DNA of 64,000 nt, taken from NCBI RefSeq assembly GCF_036321535.1, contig NC_087454.1, positions 21,762,001 through 21,826,000 on the forward strand, written 5' to 3'. The stretch is from Camelus dromedarius. Lineage: Eukaryota. A program made the position numbers and the translations under genes. Positions 46,221 to 57,654 of the stretch are shown in pieces. Position 1 is the first letter of the stretch. Each line of letters begins with the position of its first letter. Under the pieces are notes generated by a model. The model saw only the letters and a list, made by a program, of their open reading frames with translations, did not search any database and was not told where the DNA came from.

Positions 46221-49200
46221 TCATAAAAAGAAACAGAAGCTATGGAGGCTAAGGTGACCAGGGGCTCAGGCTCTCTCCCCTTCAAGGGCCCCAAAGCCCA
46301 GGAGATATGAAAGGGAATGAAGTGTGTGCCTTTGATGTGTCCTTCGCCCTGCCCTTAGCCCTTCCTCGGTCCACCTCTTATTCCCCACCTGTAAAAATGG
46401 TGTCAGAATTTGACACAGGAGGAAGACTCCTAAGTGTTGTGTCTGTCACACGGCCCTGGGTGCTCTGATTCCAGAGGGGCCTCTGCCTTTCATTGCCTTT
46501 GACAGTTTTGACAACTTTGGAATTTGAACGGAACTGTTGGTAAAGCAAATGATTCTTTTCCATCGAAATGCAAATGAATTTTGTCTGGTAGGAGTGCAAA
46601 CGATTATTGACCTGTAGCTACTGATCAGCTCTCATTTATTAGTAAATTCACTTCCTGGTGGCCTGTCTATGGATCTGCCCTTTGGATTCTTCTTTGAACC
46701 TGTTGTAACATCTTACTGATTCTGGCTTTAAATAACAAGTTAAAGCCTTAGACACGTATTTATCTTCTATTTATATGGGAGTCAGGATTTGTTGTCACGT
46801 CCTCTCGTCCCAGCTCCCTCTCTAGCACCCCGTCTTCCGGGTGAGATGTCAGGCTTCTGTCCATCTCCCACCCGAGTTCAGGAAGGCCTGGGCTCCCTGG
46901 AGCCGTTGGTTTTTCAAGTCCACCCACATTATTGAGGATCTGGTGTTTGCTGGGCTCTGGGAGGGAGATCCAGGTCTGACCCCCAGGCTGGGAGGAAAGA
47001 CCGAGCCAGTTTACAAGGTTTTTCAGGACCTCACTTAATCTTTGCAATGACCCTTCAAGGCAGCAGTCTTTGCTATCAACATTGCTATTCATACCTCTAC
47101 TTAGTATAGGAAAACCCAAGCACAGAGAAGTGAATCAAGTTGCCCAGGGGTAGACCCAGGACTCAAACCCAGGTCTCCAAATCCATTAGAACCACTCACT
47201 GGGTGCTCAAATGTCTGCTTCACATGGATCAGCACCTCTCAGCCCCACCACCCCTACCCCTGGGGGACACTGAGAGCCTGAGTTCCCACTGCCCAGCTCA
47301 ATACTTTTGTCCCACCAAGCATCCTGGTCCCATGGTGGGTACCAGAAGGAGGGAGGGGGCTGAGAGAGGAGGCCACAGGGGCAGGGGACCCACCCAAATT
47401 TTGGTGAGAGGGGCTGGTCCTGTGTGCATGCGTGTGTGTGTGTCTGTGTAAGGGGCTGACCTTCCCACTGAGGCAGAGCCTGGAGGGGCCACTCGCTGAG
47501 TGGAAAGCCTGGGGGAGCTCTGGCCAGCATGCGGAGACCCTAAGAACTAAACAGCTTCCTGAGCCTTCAAAGGCAGTTTTTTTCCAAGAGGGACACTGGG
47601 CTGTTGCCACGCGAGGCTGAGCCACACAAAATCAATGGTGCTTGCTAATGAGAAGCCGCTGGGAGCAGGGGTGCTGACCCAGGCACCCCAGTTCCCTCCA
47701 GCTCCAGAATCTGCTTCATCTCAAACCCAGACCAGGCCAGTCGTTCCCACTCCCAGTCCCACCTGTACACCAAGGGTCTCTCTGGAGATCAGAGCAAAGG
47801 CCAGAGGCCTCGGAGGCAGCCAGGGGGCTTGAGGGCAAAACTGAGGGACTGCAGGGGCGAGAGGATGACAGTCAGGCCAGAGAGTGGCCGTGGAATAGTA
47901 ACAAGAGGTGACCTCCTGGCCCACACATACATCCTATTTTACAAAGACTAGAACACAGAAGGAAACCACTAGAGATTTTCACCCTCCTGTGCTTCTGGCC
48001 AAGGATCCAGACAGAGAAACTGCAGGAGGCCAGGAGCTCCTGGGCTGGGGCAGAGGGAAAAGGAGAAACAAGCCTCAGGGAGGGCCTCCCCCTCCATAAA
48101 ACCCCACACAGGTTTGAGGAATAAGAGTTGACACTTCTTGAAGACTCCCATGCCAGCCTTGTTCTAAGGTCTATACACCTTGAATCATTTCATCCTCACC
48201 ACAGCGCTGAGGTCAGTACAAGTACTAATTCCATTTTACAGGTGAGATCATTGAGGCGCAGAGATGTTAACAAGCCCAAGACCACGCAGAAGTGGTGGAG
48301 ACAGGAATCAGACCCAAGGAGCCAACTGGCCTATTCTCCCATTTCTGCCATGCTGGAATGTGGGGTCCCTCCTTCATCATTGAATATTCATCAAGTATTT
48401 ACAGGGCACCCACCACGTGCCAGTGTCAGTGTGTTGGCCAGGCACTGGGACACTGCACAGCAGACAAGGCTCCTGTTCTTACTTGGATCACAGTCTAGGG
48501 GGCTCCCCAGTGCTGGGGTTGGGGCGCAGCGGCTTCTATGGTCTCCAAGGCGACGCAAGGAGGTGGGAGTGGGAAGGAAAGAGGCCTCCGAGCATTGATC
48601 TCGCTCTAGTCAGATTCAATCCTGAGTGAAAATGGATTTTTTAATGCGTCTATTAGCTGCTTTGAAAACGCAAATTGAGTTCAGAGAATACGGAGGCTGC
48701 CATCAGAAAACAATTGGCATCTGAGGCCCTGGGAGTCAGGGGATACCCCAGAATCAGAATCCCCCAAGCCTGAGCTTAGCCTTGGTGAGGGGGAAGGGAG
48801 GAGGCACCCTGGGGACTTTACTCCTCAGCCCAAGGGTACGGGGATCTTGTGGAAGACGTGAGCTAGCTCTTGTATGGAAAAGAGCAAATTGCAGCCCCAG
48901 AGGGATGCCAGTTCTCATCAAGGGCACAATCCCGGAAGACTTCCTGGATGAGGCAGGAGCATTTGAAGACTCACATTGGGCAAGTTCCAGGCTCAGGCGA
49001 AAAATAATGCCCAATAAGCTTTGGCCAAGTGCTTTACAATTTATAAGAGGCTCCCTCCCTAGCTCTTAGTTTACTCCTCTTCAGGGCTACAGAGAACAGG
49101 TGCGTGAGCCCATTTTACAGTTCAGGAAGTCGATGCTGGGGAGGCATGTTGCCAAGATCACTCAGGCAGGGCCAAGGCTAGAATTCTCAATCCCTGTTTT

Positions 49201-49399
49201 GTGAGACCCACTCCCTGGTGGGGAAAGGAGCTGCAGGAGCTGGCCTGGGCCAGAGGATCTGGGGAGCTGGGGGTTGGATTGGCGTGGTTGCAGGTGGGGA
49301 GCAGGGCTAACGTCTCAGTTAGCTTTCAAGGAGGCTAAGGAGGAGGCTGGGGGAGGCAGTAAGTGGAAGGGCGAGATGGAGGGATGCGGGTCAGATACA

Positions 49400-49590
49400 C
49401 AATTTCTTCTCTCCATTGTCATTTGCTGTTCTGTGGGGCCTTCTTTGCATATGCAAATGAATGCATCCTCCTGCAATTACACAGTAATCAGGAGCAAATT
49501 ACCTTCTTGCTGTTTACTTTCAGCGTCTTTAATTAATCTGGTTATTAGACGATTAATGAAGCTTGTTTGGTGAGAAATTCATAGCAAGAA
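49400..49590. promoter_or_regulatory. Candidate POU/SOX/homeodomain enhancer
   Basis: CATTGTC 49414-49420, palindrome TTTGCATATGCAAA 49444-49457 including octamer ATGCAAAT 49451-49458, several TAAT cores. Confidence 0.5.
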
Positions 49591-49602
49591 TGGAGAAGGG
49601 GA

Positions 49603-49640
<38 letters not shown>

Positions 49641-49644
49641 TATG
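49603..49644. repeat. (TG)n microsatellite
   Basis: tgtatgtgtgtgtgtgtgtgtgtgtgtgtgtatgtgtgtatg. Confidence 0.95.
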
Positions 49645-50299
49645 AAGAGGGTGGGAGATGCTGTACTTATCCAGAAAGAAAGGCAATTCTTGGGCTTCCC
49701 CTCAGCTTTTTCAGCCTCTTTCCCACGCTCCACAGTTTCCCCACACACTCCCAGACCCACCTCTCCTTTCCCCTTTCCCACCAGTCCCAGTTTCCTCTTG
49801 CAGCCCATCACCTCCTCCAGGAAGCCTTTGTGGATTGGGAAGGTGGCCTTTAAGAGTCCCTTGAAGGCAGTGGCCCCTAACAAGACTGGAGATCAGGAGT
49901 CAGTTCGCAGGCCTTCTCTATAGCCCCCAGGGCCCACTCCAGGCACCTGAATTCCCATACTGCCTCCTGTTCAGTGCCATCCCTAACCCCAGACAGTGTC
50001 TAGGCAGTGTTCCAAAGGTAGCCCTCTCCCCACTCCAGGCAGAAGTAACCTCCACAGCCCGTGGACCAGGCTTCTGCCCAGAGGTTACTGAGTACGGCCA
50101 TCACCCACACCCACTCCCACACCCACACGTACTGGGCTGTGAAACCACCAGGCCCAGTTTGAGAGAACATTAAGATCATATTTCTTTTAATAATTTAACA
50201 GTAACAGTCTGAGTCCCCACATGCGCATGCTGGCAGCAGTTAGGATTTCTCTGAGGTACCCTTCCCTAAGTAGTTTCAGGGCATCCCAGGGATATGTGT

Positions 50300-51410
50300 T
50301 CATGTGCTACTGTTTTATCCTGGGGTGATCTGTAATCTGATTTATTTTCTATCCAGCTGCTTTTAAGATCTCTTTGGATTTCTGCAGTGTTTCTACAGGC
50401 TACAGTGTTTCTAGGTCTGGGTTTCTCTTTATTCACTCTGCTCGAATTCTTCATGCTTTCTTCCCAGGATTTGAGTTTTTAAATCATTTCTGGAAAATTC
50501 CTAATCAACATCATTAAGTTGCCTCCCCCAGTTCTCTCAGTTATCTCCTCTGGAATTCCTAGATAACATTTGTTAAACTCCTTATTCTATATCCTATATC
50601 TTTTTTCCTCTTGTTCATGTTTTTCTGTCTGTGCTGCATGATGGTTAATGATTTCTTCTAATCTATTTTCCAGTTCACTAACTACCTCTTCAGCTGTATC
50701 TAATCTGCTGTTTAACTTATCTATTGGGTTTTACATTTCAACATTATTGGTTTCATTTCTGAGACTATTTGTTCATTTTCATATTTGCCTGATTTTCCTG
50801 GTAGCATCTTTATTTCTCTAAACATTTTAAACCAGCTTTTTTTTTTTTTTAATTTTCTGGATCTGGTCATTCCAATATCTTCAGTCTTGAAGGTCTAATT
50901 CGGCCATTTGTTGTTTTCACTGACTTATTCATAATCGATTGTTTCCTCATGTGCTTTGTAATTTTATATTGCAAACTCAAGCTTAGCTGGGTCCTCCCCT
51001 TGGGAATCCTGCACAGCAGGGGTGGGAGTGCGTCCCTTCCAAGAGAATTTACTTCTGCTTCAGCCACATGCCCCAGGGGCTACCAACACACTTGGAGTTA
51101 ATTTCACTACTTGGAGTTTCCTGGAACACAAAGGTAATGCAGATGTTTACCCTAAATCCCTGTGTAGGCAGACCTGTGGTTACAAATTTAAAGGCTTTTC
51201 TTTCTACCTAGAGCATAAGCTGAAACAGACAACTATTCTTATCATTTCTCTTTACCACTGGAGGATTTTTTTCTCTATCTTTTCACAAAAGGTATAGCCT
51301 TTGAGAGCCTTGGTTTTTAGAGGTCTCAGTTACAACTCCCCATGAGTGCCCACAGCCTGTCTCTTTCTTCCTTAAACCTCAAGCCTTTAGACCTTTGTTT
51401 CTGGAGCTGG
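50300..51410 (-). mobile_element. Old L1 ORF1/5' region (L1ME-like)
   Basis: tttcttctaatctattttccagttcactaactacctcttcagctgtatctaatctgctgttt, antisense L1 ORF1 coiled-coil region. Confidence 0.7.
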
Positions 51411-51412
51411 AC

Positions 51413-51543
51413 NNNNNNNNNNNNNNNNNNNNNNNNNNNNNNNNNNNNNNNNNNNNNNNNNNNNNNNNNNNNNNNNNNNNNNNNNNNNNNNNNNNNNNNN
51501 NNNNNNNNNNNNNNNNNNNNNNNNNNNNNNNNNNNNNNNNNNN
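51413..51543. other. N-run, 131 nt, inside MER20
   Basis: Directly visible. Confidence 0.99.
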
Positions 51544-51590
51544 ATAATCCAGCCCCAAATGTCAATAGTGCTGCTATTGAGAAACTCTGA
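51413..51590 (+). mobile_element. MER20 (mostly hidden by N-run)
   Basis: ataatccagccccaaatgtcaatagtgctgctattgagaaactctg matches the MER20 3' end. Confidence 0.65.
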
Positions 51591-52149
51591 TCTAGATCAT
51601 GGAGATGTGTGTGCAAAGGATCTGAGGTCTCCCAAGGCTTCAGCACTCCTTAACACTCAGGCTTTTAGCACGCTCTTTATGTTTGACATCCTTTTCCTTG
51701 CATGCATTCGTTCATTCTACAAACAAAGACATACATTAAAAAAAATAGTTGTCTATTGTATGGAGCACTTCCCAGTGTTCTGTGGTGGGAGATATCTCAG
51801 GATATTCACTTGCCACTCCTGCCTGCAGCCACCTCCCTAATATTGGCTGTTCTGGCTCACCTCTTACTGTCTGGTGACCACCTTCTCTGTTTCACCCTTT
51901 CTCCCTGCACCAGCGCACATCTGGAAGCCCCAAGAATGTTACTGAAGGTTTGAGAGACAATCGGAAGAGTCGCGAGAGGGTGTGACATGTCCACCAGCAG
52001 CAGTAACTTTTCCACAATCTCCCTTCTCTTCAAATCTCCAGATCTGTTCACCTGCCTCAGTCACAATCTCAGAGAGTGTCCTTTCCTCTTCACCTCCCAA
52101 AGTCCAAGACCCAAGCAATTCCTGAAGCAGAAATATGCATCCTGTCCCT

Positions 52150-52245
52150 TGGAGTCTGCGTCAGGCTTGTCTACTCTGGAATCCAGGGCCCACAGGAGAT
52201 GCTCAGTATTGACTTGTTGAATGAACGAGTGAATGAATGAATGAG
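52150..52245 (+). mobile_element. L2 3' end
   Basis: gatgctcagtattgacttgttgaatgaacgagtgaatgaatgaatga. Confidence 0.7.
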
Positions 52246-52684
52246 GCCCAGCTTCTGAGCCAGGCAAGGCAATCACAATAAGTGAACATACATTTCCCGC
52301 AAAGTGATACCATGTTGGGACAGCCCCAGTTTCGGTCTAAACGCACATTTAGGGAACACATCTCTAATGCTTCAAGGGCACAGCTGGGCTAGAGAAGCTC
52401 TCAATTTCCATAACTAAACAGCACACTTAACCTCGCAAACCGCAGTATCTGCGCTCCAATTTGTTGTGACTTTACAGTTTCCTGCGAGAACAAACAGGGT
52501 GGACTCTTGCTTGTTTGTAACTACAGGGCTCAGTCTGGGCTAAGGGAAAAGCAAAGAGAGCCTGTTCCAAAGGCTTAGTTCTCTACCTCCGGAAACTCAA
52601 ATAGCTGCAACCCCCAACTGGCCTCTCCCTGGCAAGGGCGGGACAAGGTCTCTGTGGTCTTAGTGGTCCCTGGAATTCCAGGGT

Positions 52685-53430
52685 CATTCACGCCACTCAT
52701 TCATCCACTCCACTCATTCATCCACTCATTCATTCATTTAATAAATGTTTGTAGAACATCTTCCATGTGTTGGGCACTATTTCAGGCATTTGAAGTTGAG
52801 TAGAAAATAAAGTCCCTGTCCACTCAGCACTTTTGTTCTCCTGGGAGAGACATGATCAATATACTACAGGATGTAGGGGGGTGATAAGATCGATGAAGAA
52901 AAATGAAGTGTATCAGTGGCCAGAGTGATGGGGGGATGAGGGGCGGTTGGGAAATGTCTGCAAAGACAACTTGGTTCAGTGAAAGTAAGTACCAGAGTTG
53001 GCGGGGGGTGGGGGGGCGCAGCAGGTAGGGGAGAAGGGTCCATGGTGAAGAGGAAGAAAGGGAAGAGACCGGGGAGGAAAGGGAGGAAAGGAGGCTGAAG
53101 AAACACCAAGAGCCCACCCCACCGCGTCTCACTGGCCTCGACCAGAGATCTGAAGTTGATTTTCACTGTGATGGGAAACCCGGAGGGTTTAAAGCAGGGG
53201 CGTGAAAGAATCCTATTTACTTTTTCCCAAGGTCCCACTGGCTGACGCAGCAGGACCTGAGTGAAGGGGCAGGAGCTGAAGGCAAAGGGCCACTGAGGAG
53301 GGCATCAAATAACCCAGGCTAAGGACAATGGTGGTTTTCACCAGCTGGGGAAAAGCAGCTGGATTTGGAGAATTCTAGAGGCGAGCCATGGGGACTCTCT
53401 GACACCTTGGACAAGGGGTGGGGGTAGGGG
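52685..53430 (-). mobile_element. L2 with expanded (TTCA/TCCA) tail
   Basis: tcattcattcatttaataaatgtttgtagaacatcttccatgtgttgggcact...gagggtttaaagcagggg. Confidence 0.7.
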
Positions 53431-53559
53431 TCAAGGTTGATCCCATGGATTCTGACCACAAGGATAGTGGGGCCTTTTATTGAGAGGGGAAAGGAGGGAG
53501 GAGCAGGCCTAAGAGGTGGTGGAAAGTCTGGATCTGCACACCAAGGTGGAGGTGCCTGG

Positions 53560-54047
53560 TGATGGGGTCCAGGACACGCCACACCAAAACACGGCACCTT
53601 CGCATATTGAATATTTTACACCAAGTGTGTTTAAAAAGTGTGTTACCTTGACCTTTCACCTGTCCTTTTCTCTTGAAACGGTCATAAAACCTTCATGTGA
53701 GAGGTGCCCTCCCTAGCCCCGGAGGAAAGGAGCCTCCTCATTTCCAAAGAAAAAGTGATGACAAGAATCCTAACAAACAGGACTTGCTGAGCTCCCCCAG
53801 TGCTGCACGCCCCTCTTACTCTCTGTCCTATTTCCAGGCCACTGGCCACTCTTCATCAAACCTTGCATAGAAACACTCAGGTCTGTTCATTTGGTTCTTC
53901 TTTCCTTACAAAGGCTCCCATGTCATGTAAAACTTGCATTAAATACATTCGTATGCTTGTCTCCTGTGAATCTGTCTTTGTCAGTTGAAATTTCAGACCC
54001 ATCTAAGGACCCTCAGAGGGTCAAGGAAAACTTTGCCTTCTCCAATG
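53560..54047 (+). mobile_element. ERV1-class solo LTR (MER34/MER39-like)
   Basis: Starts tgatggggtccaggacacgccacaccaaaa; ends tgcttgtctcctgtgaatctgtctttgtcag...ggaaaactttgccttctccaatg; 4-bp TSD ctgg at 53556-53559 and 54048-54051. Confidence 0.72.
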
Positions 54048-54379
54048 CTGGTAGAACTGGGGAGTGGAGGAAGGGCCACACAAGTCAAGTTCAGGTGCAA
54101 GAACAGAGAGCTGGAGATGCACGTTTGGGAGTCAAAGCCACAGGACAAGCCCCTAGGGAGCAGGCACAGCGGGAGAAGTCAGTGGCCTGAGCCCTGGACA
54201 CACAAACATCCTAAGGTCATTAAAGGTGCATGTCATACCTCACCCCACTTAAAGCTTCCAGTGGCCCTCTGGCTACATGCTGCCAGGTCCTGGGTGATCT
54301 CCCCTTGGGGCCTGTGACTCAGTGCTGCTCTGGTCCCATCTAACAAATCTTAAAAGCAAGACCTGAAAGGATTTGACCA

Positions 54380-54838
54380 TTTCCAAGTAGCTTAATCACA
54401 TTCTGGACAGACCTCAAGAATATTTATATGTATACAAAAATAATGAGAACCCTATGAGGTAAAAATTCCCAATATCTGGAATCCAATAAGAAATTACCAG
54501 GTATACAAAGGAGGAGGAAAATGCAGCCCATAATGAGAAAAGAAATCAATCAATTGAAACCAACCCATAAATGACATGATGACAGAATTAGTAGACAAAG
54601 ATATTCAAAATAGTTATCCTAACTATATTCCCTTTGTTCTAGAAGTAGAGGAAAATTTGAACATTTAACTAGAGACATGAAAGATATTAAAAAAAAGAAA
54701 AAAGACCCAATCAAGCTTCTGGAGATGAAAGATGCAATGCTGGGATTAAAAATGCACTGGACACAATTAACAGCAGACTGGATGCCGCAGAAGAAAAAGT
54801 TAGTGAACTTGAAAACATAGCAGTAGAAACTATAAAAT
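54380..54838 (+). mobile_element. Old L1 ORF1 N-terminal region
   Basis: cttctggagatgaaagatgcaatg...aacagcagactggatgccgcagaagaaaaagttagtgaacttgaaaac (LLEMK...NSRLDAAEEKVSELE). Confidence 0.75.
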
Positions 54839-55520
54839 GAGAGAGTGTGGTCAAGACGGCAGAGTAGGATGAGCCCGAGCTCACCTCCTCACACAGGCAC
54901 ACCAAAATTACAGCTATTTACAGAGCAGCTATCCATGAGAACAACCTGAAGTCTAGCAGGAAGAATTTCCCACAACGAACAACACAAAGAGAGCCACAGC
55001 AAGACGGGTGGGAGGGTCAAAAATGTGATATAGCCAAGACCTCCACACTCAGGTAAACAGGAGGGTAATTAAAATCTTAGGGGTTCTCCCCAAGGAGTGA
55101 AGGGTCTGAGCCCACACTGGGGTCCCCAGCCTGGGGGGTCCTGCATCAGGAAGATGAGTCCCTAGAATGTCTGGCTTTGAAGGCCAACAGAGCTTGCATA
55201 TGGGAAAGTTTGAAGGCTGCAGAAAATAGAGACTTGACTCTTAAAAGGCACACACAAAATCCCATGTGCTCTGAGTCCCAGCACAGAGGCAGTACTTTGA
55301 AAGTAGTGATCTTGGAGAGCCTCCTGGAGGCAGGAGGCATGGCATGTAGGACTTTCCCCAGGACTTAGAGACTGATGAGAGCCATTTTGGGGGGCCCACC
55401 CTACCACAAGAACACTGATGCCAGCCAGTACAATTTTAGAGTCCTCCCTCTAGACTATTGGTGCCAGGAGCTTACCCACCGACCAGCAGGCCGGCACCAG
55501 CCCCAAGACTCTCTGGACAT
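54839..55520 (+). mobile_element. L1 5' UTR (laurasiatherian L1M2/L1_Art-like), 3'-truncated
   Basis: gagagtgtggtcaagacggcagagtagg...gagctcacctcc...caaaattaca; ctggctttgaaggccaacagagct; gactcttaaaaggcacacacaaaatc. Confidence 0.7.
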
Positions 55521-55959
55521 GTAGCGGGGGACAGGAAATATCGGGAAAGTACTGAGTTGGAAAAAGAAAAGGGAGAATGGACACAGGCCTGGAGCCCCAG
55601 AGGCAGCCCTTGCGTTTGAGGAGTGGGTGGAAGAAAAGAAGCCCAAAACCCCAGAGGAGGGGAGGCGGGGAGGGCAGAGGAGAAGAGGGAATATTGTCCT
55701 GAAAGGTAAGGCAGCCCCCGCCATTTCTCCATCCTCTTCCGTTGCCCCACAACATTAACAAAGCCCCTTCCTCTCATCACAGAGAACTGGCGCTGAGGAA
55801 GCAGAAGGAAGGGCCTGATTTGCATACTCCAGCCCCTCCCCCACCCCTTAGTGTGTGCAGTTGCCATAGCAACTGGCCCCCAAAGACTCTTCTTTGCAGT
55901 CACCTCCCCTTTCTGTACTGCTGCTGCTGGCTGCTCATCCAGGCTCTGAGGGCTCAGAG

Positions 55960-56095
55960 TTCATAGCTCATCTCATGGATGAAGAAACTGAGGCCCAGAG
56001 AGGGCAGGCAACTTGCCCGATGACACACATCAAGTTAGCAGCAGACACTTACCTAGAATCCAGATCTCCCGATACCAACTTCAGCCTGCCTGTCA
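55960..56095 (-). mobile_element. MIR
   Basis: gatgaagaaactgaggcccagagagggcaggcaacttgcccgatgacacaca. Confidence 0.75.
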
Positions 56096-56329
56096 TCCTG
56101 GCGTGGGGGTGAGGGGGCAGGTGGGGGTCAGTTCTCTATCCAGTGACCAGAATGCAACACCTGTGCTCCCCTTGGGCCTCTAGAAAAACTTTGGGAAGCT
56201 ACAATGAAGAAATGACCCATCGGACTTTGGGCAGAGGCTCAGCAATGGAGCTGAGCTCTGGGGGGTGGGAGTGGTGTTGTGGAGGTAGGGATACAGCTAA
56301 CTAGGGCCCCCAAGGTCTCCAGTCAACCC

Positions 56330-56500
56330 CTTTCCCCTAATTCATTCATTCAACAAATAATTATTGTATGCCTCCAGTGTGCCAGATACTGTCCTACATT
56401 CAGCTGTGATCAAACTGACAAAAACCCCTGCCCTGGTGGGGCTGACATACTGGTGGGTGGTTGAAGGTAAACCATATGAACAGAATATGGGGTGAGGTGG
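56330..56500 (-). mobile_element. L2 3' end
   Basis: attcattcattcaacaaataattattgtatgcctccagtgtgccagatactgt. Confidence 0.75.
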
Positions 56501-57339
56501 TCTCCTGAAAGTTGAGGGGAGACTGTGTGCTACTTGTGTTAATGTAATCTGGAAGTTCTTTCAAAACCAGTTCTTTTAAAACTTACCTCTTCCCCGTTCC
56601 AAAACCTTCAGGGCAGCTGGTGTCTTGAAACCTGACTCCAGTACAGTTCAGTTGCCAACCATTGACATGTTTTGGGAGAATATGCCTTGACCCAGAAGCC
56701 TGGGGCTTCAGCGATAGAATTTTCGGAGGCATAGGTGGCAGGTAGGAAGATGTTTGGGGGCAGTGGCCTCCCTGAAACGGTGTGGGCAGCTGTCCTGCCT
56801 GTTCCCAGCATGCCCTGCAGGCTTAAAGAGTCTGATTTCAGATGCCCAGAAAGGCTCTCCCACCACCACTCACCAGCACCAAAATAATGACTGAAATGCA
56901 ATTCCGGGTGCATAAAGAACTCAGTCAGAAAGAACAGCAAGTCACAAGCTCTCCTGAGAGCAGATACCAGGTGCCAGGCTCAGTTAGCAGGCCCTTCCTG
57001 CTAGAGGGAGTTTTACTGATTGATTATGGAAAATGTCAAACACCTGTAGCAAGAACTCCCAGGTGCCTGTGCGCAGCTCGAGGATCACCTTATGGCCACT
57101 CAGGTTTCAGCCCCACCCTCTTCCTGCCCACTGGAATCCTCTGGTTTTCTGGAATACTGGGGCTGGTTTTATAAGGAAAGGGGGAAAGAACTGGAAGCCA
57201 CCCCCCCCCCCAAACCAAACCTGGAAGAGGAGGACTCCAGAAGGGCGGGCAAGGAAAGCCAGCAAGGATGGAGTCTTGGGCAGGAAGCGCGCTGGGCAGA
57301 CCTGAGCTGAGGGGGCCCCCGGGGCCATGCGCCCAGAGC

Positions 57340-57482
57340 GGGGCTCCTGGTTGTGCCAATGGGGCGGAGGATCCTGGCCGGGGGAGCCAAGCCCCATTTT
57401 CTGCCCCAGCTCCATCTCTCTTTGTTTTCTTTCCCTCCTCTTTTCCCCCACTCACTCACAATAAAAATATAATTACGGGCTT
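57340..57482. promoter_or_regulatory. Promoter/enhancer-like flank of masked segment
   Basis: CCAAT 57356-57360 directly followed by GC box GGGGCGGAG 57361-57369; CAATAAAA 57459-57466 and TAATTACG 57470-57477. Confidence 0.35.
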
Positions 57483-57654
57483 NNNNNNNNNNNNNNNNNN
57501 NNNNNNNNNNNNNNNNNNNNNNNNNNNNNNNNNNNNNNNNNNNNNNNNNNNNNNNNNNNNNNNNNNNNNNNNNNNNNNNNNNNNNNNNNNNNNNNNNNNN
57601 NNNNNNNNNNNNNNNNNNNNNNNNNNNNNNNNNNNNNNNNNNNNNNNNNNNNNN
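57483..57654. other. N-run, 172 nt, in unique sequence
   Basis: Directly visible. Confidence 0.99.

Noticed and set aside
48782-49069. ORF containing MPVLIKGTIPEDFLDEAGAFEDSHW
   Set aside because: Short, unrecognised and without flanking splice signals; better explained as regulatory DNA
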